Shown here: positions 36,032 through 48,000 of the stretch, piece after piece
How positions within the stretch are numbered: the first letter of the stretch is position 1
Layout: the number at the start of each line of letters is the position of its first letter
Translations under genes and position numbers: made by a program
The notes under the pieces: generated by a model
Told to the model about the DNA's origin: nothing
What the model saw: only the letters and a program-made list of their open reading frames with translations
Databases searched by the model: none
Origin: Tubulanus polymorphus
Lineage: Eukaryota > Animalia > Nemertea
Reading direction: 5' to 3'
Length of the DNA stretch: 64,000 nucleotides
Assembly: GCF_964204645.1 (NCBI RefSeq)
Contig: NC_134026.1
Span: forward strand, 1,821,950-1,885,949

Positions 36032-39000
36032 TTATTCATTGTCTTCTTCAGCTTTATCCTTTTTATTTTTCTCCGCAAGTTCCTTCCATTTCTTCAGATT
36101 GGCCCTATAAAACCAAACGGGAATGATACACATGAGGTACGAACTCAGAATTAGCTCTTTTCTCGATGCTGATCCGTATTACTTACGTAGCGCCATCAAC
36201 CATTGGTTGTGTACCGGGTAAAACTGCCGCCAGAAGCTCATAACATGGCAAACATATCCCCACTATGAATCCGACCTGGAACAAAGTAATACATGATACA
36301 AAATACATGATAACACATGGAATACACCGTTATTGAATTATGCAATAGAACTTCATTACAATGAAATACATTGGACCAGTATGAGTATAATGATATGCTC
36401 CTTTTATGAGAACTTGTTAAAAGTACCTGTGATTCGGGTAATTCGTGTGCGTAAGTACGATCCATCATACGTATTGGCTGTTGTCCTGCCTTCTTTTCCT
36501 CGTCACCCTGTAATCGAATCAGTTCAAATGTACAATTATCGTTAACGACTCGTATATCATTATCATTTCGTCGGTACGATCAGAAGCGAAGACTGTAATC
36601 ATGAATCACAATCAGACGAGTGACTATCGTTAAACTTCTTATATGTTAATACTAATCGCTCACGTGACGAAAACAGTGTTCCAATTTAAAATCACACCCA
36701 CGATGTTGAATCGCGGTTACTAAATAGATACAACTTAACTTAAAAAAACAGATCGAAAAACCATGCAAAGGGTGAATATATTTACAGAAAAACAAAAATG
36801 TGCATAGTGCAAATAAATTAATAGATGACGGATACTTTTTGGAAAGAATAGTTGTGTAAAACACCAGAATATAATGGAATGGAGGGCAATCAAATAGGCT
36901 TTAAACAACAGTGGGTGAATACAACAACATGAAAGAAAGTTTTGGCAATGATACTAAAATTGAAGGAACACTAACTAATTTCACCTAAATCAGAGAAAAT
37001 TGGAGTGTCCTCTACAAACGAATAGAAAACTAATGAAATAATAAAAAAGTTGTAATTGATAAGTATTAAAAATCTGCAAACATGTCTGTCAGTAGGTCAG
37101 CAAATAGTCCACATGTTATTTTGCTATGGCAATACGGTTTACCTGTTGCCAAAATTCTTCCATAATTATGTGTACAACATCTTTCTGCATTTTCCAGGGT
37201 TTATACATAGAACAAAGATCGGCAGCGGTCATGCATAGTTCCATGAGTAGATGTCTAGAAAACAACAATGATAGTCCAGAGATGCATGCGACATTACGCC
37301 ATCCTATACAACCCACCGGTGATAGAGAGGGAGTTTAGAGTTTTTGATTGTTACTGAAGCTGTAGACAAACGGAATTAGGAGACAACGACACAATTCAAG
37401 ATAGACATTTTACATAGATTTAGATTTAGATGATGACGTAGGATCGAATTTTCTGTAACCGATGTAAAAAGCTTCCTCGAACGACATCATTGAGACGATT
37501 AATTTATCAAAGCAACATAGACACAAAACACCTTTTTGATTAGTAATATCGTACAACGTATATATCTGTAAATTCTATCTACCGAGAATTCGACGAATTG
37601 AAATGTACTTTTTCAGACTTTCTCTTATTTCACGGTTAAATGATTTACAATGATATATACAAGACATAGTGGTCAGGAGAGAGGTACAGAAAGGTTTCCA
37701 GTTAGCGATGCATGCGGTGGTATAGCAGAAGGGATTAATCGTAATAAGCAAACTATGCATAAAAAGCGGCAACACCTTCGACGAGATGAGTTATACCTGT
37801 GCATAGAACTCCTCAAAGATTACTTTAACTGTCTCAACCTGAACATCCCAGGGTTTCACGCTGGCGCATAGATCACACGCGGTCATCGCAATGGCTTCCA
37901 GTAGTTTTCTGAGCATAAAGCATCGCAGGGTCATGTATATAGGGAGGAAAGGTTTTCAGGGGGTCAAATAATCCTCGATAATCGATTATGAACACAGAAA
38001 TATAGCTAAAGACTTTGTGGTATGTTGCCAAAAACAGAATAAGTATAGTATAATGCGAACGATTAGAAAATCTGTCCTGAAAATTTGAACATTTTTGTAC
38101 AGTAGTTATGTTAACAAATTAATGATGCAATTATTTAGATGTTAAATTATCAAACTGGTTATCTTAATAATTTACGTATCGGTATTTCACTATTAGAAAC
38201 GAAAGGCAGTTATTTGACGGTTAAATATAGGAATGACAACTTCACTTTTAAGAAAAGACCCATGCATTCTTCAGTTGTGTTATTTCATCTAATTAGCAAA
38301 AGGTAATTTTCTATTGAAGGGCACCGACTGTGTCTAAGAGGATATCACATGCATTTTATAAGAAATTATCTTTTTAACATATACTAGACAATCATTTAGA
38401 ATTTTATTTTTCAAAATGATTTAACTTCCTTGTAATACATGTATTCTTATCGTATTTTATATAATTCAATAAATTCACAGACAATCAGGGATTTTTTTTC
38501 TTAAGTTTACCTGTGCTCTACCTCTTCCCATGAGAAATCAGTTTTATCAATCATTTCTCGTAATTTAGCGCGGTTGCTGAAAAACAGTGCCAAATCCGTA
38601 GCCAGAATGCAGTGCTTGATATCGGACAGCACCTGAACAGACAATCAGAACAATATTATAGAATTATCAATTCTTTTCTGTCTGTTCATCAGTCAGAGGA
38701 ATCAATGAATTATTTTACCTGTTTATATTCGTCTGATGTGAGATGTTTGAATATGTTGTGTCCGTCGTGCTGAAAACGTGAAAGAAAACTTACATCAATG
38801 AGAAAACAAAACTATATTCATAAATTTGAAAAGTAACTTAATGTCGAACGTTCAAAAATCGGCTGAATTTGATTGGTAATAAGAAAAGCGATACTAACTT
38901 AAAAATTTCGAGAAATAAAGATTAATGTGCTTTGCGTAAAAACGAAATGATATTCATAAAAGTATTTGACTATTACAGCGTCAGGCGGCGCACTTAAAAA

Positions 39001-42000
39001 AAAATGGAAAATGGCGATGAAATTTGTTTGTGGGAAAAATCAAATCTTTGAAATTAACATCGCAATTTTCATAAACAGAATTAGAATATACAACTGGAAA
39101 TGAAAAGCAATTGGTAATAATCCCATAACGACAAGACTTCATCTTCATTTTAGTGTCAAAGCAATTCTTGTCAACGATTCCGTCATCGGAATCAGGATTT
39201 ATTTTATCCACCCACGCAGACGTGATTTGCGTGATCTCAACCTATATGGTTATCGAGAGGCAGGTGTCGAAATTCAGTACGCCCGATGAGGGCTCAAATA
39301 CACATTTACTTAAGAACTTTATACACTTTTGGTTGAATTATTGTGGGATTTCATTCGAAATTCTAACGTATTTCAGAGAGAAGATGGAGGTGTTTGAAAA
39401 TGAAAAAAAAATCATAAAATAAACGTGCGGTGTCGTAAATGAAACTGAATATATTTCCCACATAATAATAAACTGGGAAGTGATCGTAACATTACAAAAA
39501 TCTATCTTACTTGTAATATGTTAACAGTATAGTTAAAATGGTGATTCTCCATGGGAGAGGAGGAATATATAGCGGCTAGGGGAGACGCACTTTTCACTAT
39601 AAATGCATTACTTCTCCCACGATGGTCGACATCATGACATAGGCATGCAATAAAGAACGCTATTTGCTGAAATAAGTTAGAATGACAAAGTGGTACAAGA
39701 GTGATATTACATACTATATTGTTGTTAGTGGAGTAGGGGGGTAGAAGGGCGTGGTGGTCTGTATCGGTGGATCTCAGGGGTGATGGTGCGCCGCCAGACA
39801 TATTCCCAGCAAAAAGACATCAAAAATAGATATTTTGATATCCGTATACCAGCTAGTTATTCGTGGGTTGTTGACTGACTACCTGTAGAATAGTGACAGT
39901 TTGGTTGAAATGATGATGTTCCATGGTCGAAGTAGAATAAATTGCGGCGAGAGGAGAGGCACTTTTCACCATGAACGCATTTGTCTTTCCTCTATGGTCA
40001 AGGTCATGGCAAAGACATGCAACAAATAATGCTAGGCACTGCAAGATAATTAGATTAACCATCAAACAACGTTAACGTCCACCAACTTTGAATAAAAGAA
40101 CTATTTCTTTACGCAATGCTCTCGATCATCGAGAAACCTATCTGAAAAAAAACATCATCGAAAAAGAATCAATTTCCTTTTGACCTTTGCGACCGATAAA
40201 AACGCGATCATTTTCACGATGGAAATTTCCTGTACGTACAGACTTCTTTTCACTGACATGTTTACCCTTAATGACGTCACGGAGCAGCTACCCATTCAGT
40301 GGACTCGTGTATAATGTAGAACTAAGAATGAATTTCTATGAAATGAAGTCGTTCGTATGAAATACTCGATAGTTCGTGGTTCTCGTGTTTTCCATATCGG
40401 TTTTCGATAGCGAATACGATACGAACGCAGTGTTTGACCGTTAATTCGTGACAATTCCGAGAACCTTCGGATATTTACGTTAAAAATGAACGAAGTAACG
40501 CGCACGTACCTCTAATGGAGTAAATAAATTTGTCGTTGTTTTGATAACGGTATACATGGCATGCGCCACCGAGAAAGCATGCGCCCAATTATGATAGGGT
40601 ACATTCCGATAGTTCTTCCGTACTGTAAGTGTGAACTTCATCAAACATTCCTTGTCGAATCTACGAGAAAGATTTAGAGTAATCAATGAAACTGGTATCC
40701 GTGAAAACGTCAGTTTTAGTTCCAACGTGAAAATTTCTTATTCCATGCAAAATTCCACGTAACTGCAAAATAATATCATCAAGTAAAACAAGATTATATT
40801 TTCTTTCCGAACGAATTCAGTTGACTTAAGATGGGAATATTTCTTATCGAAATATCGATAGCACTGAAAATCATAACCCTTAATTTATCTTTCATGCTTT
40901 TTATACGAACAGATTAATGGTGCGTAAAACGTATTAAGACTCAGTGAAAACACAGGAAAACTCGACACGATCTGAGACTAATATTTAACATCGAACTATT
41001 TCGAATAAACAATCGTTCACTACAAGAATGTGTCTGAAAATGCGCATATGTATATAATTTTTTGTTGTATTTCAGTTTGAAAAAAATCACAGCAAAAAAA
41101 CAAGAAATCAAAACCGATACCATATGATGATATACGTATATATAAATGTGTCAAAGAATATATCATGAACTCTACGGAAGGATCGAGGTTAGGTTGAAAT
41201 TCAACGAGTCGATAAAGTTGAAATCTACTATAAATGTTAGGTGTGGACTGCATTTATCTCATCAAACCATTGAGATATAGGATTATGCTCTGGATTTCTC
41301 GAAGGACGAATTGAAAATCTTCATCTTCGTCATAGAATGATAGAAAGAAAATCAGAATTAGAAATACCTCCACCGAAATTAATTGTGAAATAAATGTTAG
41401 ACGATTGGTAAAATTTCTGAACAATTGGATGACATACTGAGATGTATATACATACAATCCCCTAGATTTGTACGAACTACACGCATCGCTCTTCCTATTT
41501 TATCAAATAGAATAATTCGATTCAGGTTTCTCCAAATCACTAAAATCTATATCTACAAGCAACAGATAAAAAAAACGCCGGGAAAATATTTGAAAGAAAA
41601 AAACCTCAGCCACCGTGTTATGAGAAATACTGTTAGCAGTCGACACAGAACTAAAGTAACCTCACCTCTTGTCAATAGGGAGCGATTCAAATTGCTCCGC
41701 TCTTCGTTTTGAAGCACTTAGAATGAAATAAAAACGGTCATGAGAATCGATGTAAATCCCGAATAAAGAAATGCTCGAGAGCCCGAAATAAATCACATAG
41801 AAAAATATTCAACAAAACATTAGGCAGAAGAGAACGTTCATAAAATGTGTATCTTTTTTAGATATGATATGATATCCTACAATGAAATGAGAAAGAAGCA
41901 GTCCACACCTCTGGCTTTCTAGAAATAAATTTCGGATAATCATTATAAAAAGGTTAAGATGATATAGAAAGTCCGGTGTATATAAGGCTATATACCTTGT

Positions 42001-45000
42001 ATCTGTATCTTTTAAACTAATGCTAAAAGAGAGAAAATGTCCAATCGTGTTAATTGGTTTTCTGTGTTATTCCACTGAAATCCATCGGAAACATGATCGT
42101 GACAGTAATTATTAGCTATATCATCTTCTACAGTTGCTTACGTAGGTTATTTCAGGAAATTATTTATTTCAATGGAGCAGCTTTTTACTCGGGTTACTAT
42201 CGTAAATCACTAGTAATACGATAGGCTTTGTTGTCGTAACGGGAATTAACTAATGACAAATTTATTTTTACCTTTGTAACTTGAACAAATCTTCAAACAT
42301 ATGAATAACGACAAGCGGCTTATCGTCACCGTCTATGGACCACGGCGAAAATTCATATCTGCAAACATGAAATACGAGTACAGTTGAAGTTGAATACGCA
42401 ATATTCATTATATTAAGACATTAGTGTATTTTGAATATCTTACTCTTGTAGATGTACTATCGATGACGGCAAATCTCTTGTTTTTAATTTTTCCAACTCG
42501 TCCTCCGAACACTGGCTGTGATACGACAGAACCTCCAACGCTACTTTATATTTCTGTTCCGATCGCCGAATCTTTTCGTACAGCTATGAAATACAAAATC
42601 GAACACTCGTCGTACCGAACGCCCAACTCGCTATACGAGGGTTTTTATCAGATTTATTCGGTTACCTTGGCATGATGCAGCGCTAGTCCACAATAAATGG
42701 CAAACGTTTCGAACGAATCTTCATCAGCGATCGTAAATTTACCGTTTAGTTTATTCACCATTTGAACGACGCCAATTATACTGTAACGATAGATCAACAT
42801 CCATACAGTAGCAGTTTAATCGTGAGTAACAGGGGCCAGTTGCATAGTCGTGACTTAAGTCCAAAAGTGGTCACAAATCTTTAGACTGGTCTTAAGTTGT
42901 TAGATTGGCTATAGAACTAATTTGGTCTTAGACTGGTCTTAAGTCTAAGCCATGACTGCGCAACCGGCCCCTGAAGTCGATTTTCAATTTTCAATCAGAA
43001 GAATTAGAAATATTTTTACCTTCCACGTATGTATATAGGCATACAAAGTATCGTATTTGTTGTGTAACCAGTCTGAAGATCGACATCTCTGAAATGACCA
43101 GATATCATTGTCACCATATTCCAGGGACAAGCAAAGATACACGCTCACATACGGTAGATAATCTTCAATTAAACCCCGATTACCGGTTAAATCTTCCATT
43201 AGTCCCCTCGTCTTACCGGTTAAATCTTTCGTCTTGATAAGCATCGGGAATATTCAACGTTTGTCCAGTCGAAGCTACGTGACCGGCGATACCTTTATCA
43301 ATCGGAAATCTGAATTAGATATTGGCAATCAATTAGTTAAACTATATCATCATCCTTTATTAGAATTGATAACTGTATATTATCTTTAAAGGAATTTTTG
43401 ATTTAATCATTTCAAATGCAAACACCAATGAATTTCCTCTTAAAGAGAAATTGATGAAATATAATGCATTATTGCTATCGAGGATATTGGAGTTGAAGAT
43501 GATCTTTGTCGTAATGAGCTTCGGTAATAATTGTCACTCGTCGCCGCTAAGCAGACTTCAGGCAACTCTTCATTATACATGGGCGATCTATGAAATTTGT
43601 TTGATATCTCTTATCAAATATTGATGCGGCGGTAATAATTTCCGTGAATCGACTGTAGTGTGCAATCGGTGCAATTAACGCGCACTGAATGCGAATCGGA
43701 GAGTTTTCCAGGAGGCATGGATGACGATGATTTCTGTACAAACATAGTTATAGAAATGACAGCGAAATTACGAAAGTAACATAAACCAGTGCATACAGAG
43801 TACGAAGAGAGATAGCTTTAGGTAAAGGGATCCACCGTTCCAGAGTAAATGGAGTTGAATAATATATGGTTTCGAATTGGTTTCAGGATCCGAGAATGAA
43901 ATTTCTATCGAATTTAGTTATTAGTTTCATTCTACGGATTTGCGAGGTTGATTTGACAGGGATAGATTATTCATTATATATCGAAAGAATTAGCGAACAC
44001 AAACACACGTAAAGAGAATCAAAATAGATTACAAAATTAAATCCAGCAATAACTGTACACTTGATCAAAAATACATGTATTTTTGACTAGATAGATAAAG
44101 AGGGATAGAGCTTTCACATTGACGCTAATGAGAGATAATGCAAACAGAACAAGTGTTCAGTATAGTCTGCAACCTGTCAAAACGTGGGAAGGAGTCTGCG
44201 AAAGAATTTTAAGTAATCAAATATTAATGAACGTATAATATTCATGAAAGCCAAATATACGAACACAACAGTGCTTAACACGAGCAGTCATTGTGATTTT
44301 GATACCGTTATAACTGAGTACACCAGCACAATATAAACTTCTAACGGACCATGAATACAGTGGCAAGTGGCTTGGTTTTGGGCATGAGGCCAAAACAGAT
44401 TAGAAAAGCGATCGTGAAACAGCCCCTAAAAAGCTTAGTGCAAGCAATGCGATTTAGCGTGCTATAATACGTGCAAGTCACCATAAACCATGAGTTAAAT
44501 TTTCAGCAGTCAATTAAATACATCAGCAATTCACGTGTGATTGAAGCTGTTCTATTGAATACAAGCCAAATTGATTACGTGCAAACTTTCAAACCTGATT
44601 TCTTTGCCACAGTCTGGTATGAAATCAGTATCATCTATACTACCAGTATCAAAGATCCTGGCGTATAATTCCATGGTATTTATGTCAACCAGAAACAAGG
44701 ATGCCCGGTCAGCATGTACTAATGTTTTAGCGTAATTCTGTGAAAAAGAGAACACACCACAATCCACATTTAAAATGTCATGCAACATGCAACGTACACC
44801 GCAAAACCGTTGTGATGATCGGCCGTTTTGCCGATCAATTTCTGGGATTTTCATCCCCACAAATTTCAAATACGTATTGGAAAAGGTTTCGTGATTTTTT
44901 GCTGATGGACAAAACCAAGTTTCATTGAAAAATGAATTATTGGCCCAAAGTTGGAAATGAAGAAAAAGCATGCTGAATTTCTCGGCGTTTCGATGACTCT

Positions 45001-48000
45001 TTTGACGAACGCTTTTTAATTAGCGACTCAGCAAATCGACATCTTATGCATAAGACATGGGCAATAATCGATAGGATTTTGAAAACAAATCCATCGAGGC
45101 CCTAATCAGTCGCCAAGGCAACATGGTTCACGTTGGGCATCATCATCAATATTGGTCAACGCAGCAGTCAATAAACGAGTTCTTTTCTCAATTCAGTGAT
45201 TAATATGCCGCGGTCATATTGAGACCTGAGCAATATCTCCATTAGGCTTTCCATAAATCTCAATTCAACCTGTCTGATGAGACACTCATTAAATATATAT
45301 ATGATTCTACTGCCGATACCCCAGCCCCGCGACGACAATGACCTTGACACCCCCAACGAACGTAATAAGTAGATTGTAATCAAGTAGACGCAACTAATTT
45401 GTTTCTTCGTGCAAAACAATTCACCAAAAAAGCATTTTGTAAACAGCAAGCAAGGGTGCATGCAGCTTGCTCCGTCACACAATGCCGCCTTAAACGCAGT
45501 GAAAACCTGGAATTCACACGTAGAGACAGTTGGGTTGAAACACTGAACGGATCATCGTTAGAATTCCTCGATATTAGCGAGACGAAAAATGAATCGAAAT
45601 TTTAGATTCTAACCCTCAAAAGAACAGCAGAGGCGTGATCACTTCTACTTTTCTACTTCCTAGCGGTAATTCTCTTGTAGTGTGTGATTTCAACAGAAAA
45701 GTCTCTACGCTAAGGTAACATTGAACGAGAATTTCTACCTTATCTCTTTGTGTTGGCTATCAGCAGGCTGAGCACCCAACCCGTTACCAACATCAAATAT
45801 TCTCGCATATAACTCCCTAGATACGTTGTCTAGTAGGAATAAAGATGCTCTATCTGCGTTCACCAACTTTTGAGCATAGTTCTGTAGCATTGGGCAGAAA
45901 TCAATCATAAATTTACAATGATATTTAATGGCAACCCTTATAAATTTTTGAAAACATAATATATATAATATATAATATATGATCTGAATTGGCTTCGTAC
46001 TATTTTGAAGTCAAACTTATTATCGTATTTTTCAATTACATCTTTTCCGAATTTTCAATTCAATTTTCTTCTGACGAAATATATGCGACTTACCATAATC
46101 TTCATGATCACCGTGTCCATGCTGACAATATCTTGAAAGATCGACCTAGAATTAAATGAAAAATTAGAAAGACGCGGCAAAACCTATCGCGCATAATGAT
46201 AACAGTAATTACTCTTCGTAAAGCAAGGAATAATGACATGATGTTATTAGTCACGAATGTCGTTACAAAGACAAGCTGCATGCACATAGAACTTATTTTT
46301 GCTTAGAAATATATCGATAAGACCGAAGCGTTATTTCTTACTTTGTCACCGCTAATAGGAAATCATTGAGTTTCCGTTGTTTCGTCATGCTGTGATACAT
46401 CTACAAAAAATAAACATTGACAAACGTACATTACATTCGTAATGTTCATCGCAATAACGCATTGACAGAAATATCATAGTTGCATCGGTGATAGAACTAC
46501 TTTATTAACGATTTTCATTTTGATATCAATTTCTTTCAAGACGCGTAAAAAAATGAATACTGAAAAGGCACTGAATTTTACAAATTGACAAATTAGACAA
46601 TATGTCATGATTTCAACAGTATTTTTTGATTTGAGAAATATAGCATCAATCAATAAGGAAGCTACAATCGAGGGCCAGATACCAGTAAAAGATTATCTTT
46701 ATTACACGAATTTATATATAATTCATAAAAATTTGAATTAGAATTCCTGAAAAGAAATTATGACGGAAATTTCTCTGACTTTACCAAAGCATTACCAACG
46801 GCATTACATACAATGAATGTAGCAGACATGCGATAATTTATCTAGGCTACTAAATTCAACGTTACAAGAAAGAGTTGTTAATAAAACAATAGTGCACCGA
46901 GAAAAGTCATTGATTGAAAAGATTAGATGTTTTCTTTTTTTTGTTAGAGTTTACTATAATAGTTAGACATCAGCGTTTACTTAGTTCCAAAGTTTTCATC
47001 GTTAATTGGGTGAAATATGAATGTAAGCGATGGGAGGTTATGTGCACTTCATGGACTGTGTGAAAATCATATATCTAAGCATTATATCACTAAGGACGAA
47101 CCTCATTGTCCATATAATTCTGAAAGTGCCAGCAGCAGGAAAGGCAAAATAACAGGGAACTTATTAAAAATCCCAACTTATATCCCAAGTAAAATGAGCA
47201 AAAATGTAGAAATCAACTTCGATAACCCATTATGAAAAATTGATAGTCAATGAGAGTTGGTTTATGTGGCTCTTATCCCGAGATGACAAGATCTTTTACT
47301 CTATAATAAACCCCTCGTACTAAACTATAACTACTGTAACAATGTGCAGTGTAGTAATCATTACTAAGATATGTTCTCCGTTGATTTCCATCGGAGAAAA
47401 ATAAGAAGTCACAATATCGTACACAGAAATAGATTGCCCGATTCGGAATTCTAAGGTGGCAATAGAAGAAGAAGTTGTACACATTGCTAACACAAGATAC
47501 GAAAGAAGCATGCAATAGTATACCTCCGCTAAATGAACCGTTATACTCCCCCATATCAGAAGGCTGCTGCATATCTGGTCAGTAAGAAACATAAATATAC
47601 AAGCAAGCAATTAGTGTCCAAACACTTGAGAGTATGATGTATGATGCAGAAAAAAAAGAAGCTGTCTCGGGACCATGTCAACCGATTTCAATCACTTAGA
47701 TTTAAAAAAAAATCATCCATTTTGGGAAAATTTGGTATGCAGGAAATAATAAATTGAGAGACCATAAAACCGAGCGAATTCAAAATTGCCCCAACACACA
47801 AAAATCTGATTCCAAAATGCCACGTCAACATAGAACATAAAAAGGATATTACTCCCAGCAGAAAAAAGCGCATAATGTCAACATTGAATTGCGGTTCAGC
47901 ACAATTTCGACGCGTTCAATGCGAGCAGGTTTGCTTAGAGACAGGTTTCTAGATTTCTCCTCACAACGACATGTTGAATTATACGGGTTGAATTGAGTTC

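Noticed and set aside
41020-41457. ORFs that might be alternative versions of the 87-nt exon at 42272-42358
   Set aside because: There is no acceptor/donor pair with phase 2-2 and no convincing homology.
43184-43233. Duplicated splice donor (AAGATTTAACCG|GTAA) 33 nt downstream of the true GAF-B donor
   Set aside because: Using the second donor reads AAC CGG TAA, an immediate stop. It is best explained as a small local duplication.
43547-43741. Intronic ORF with faint resemblance to the GAF-B IAG...DERF exon
   Set aside because: The similarity is too weak and I found no phase-compatible donor.
47365-47415. Possible fourth copy of the 51-nt exon ([17 protein letters not shown] followed by GTAATG)
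   Set aside because: There is no AG acceptor (it is preceded by GAT) and it lacks the conserved L-x-W and terminal Glu.
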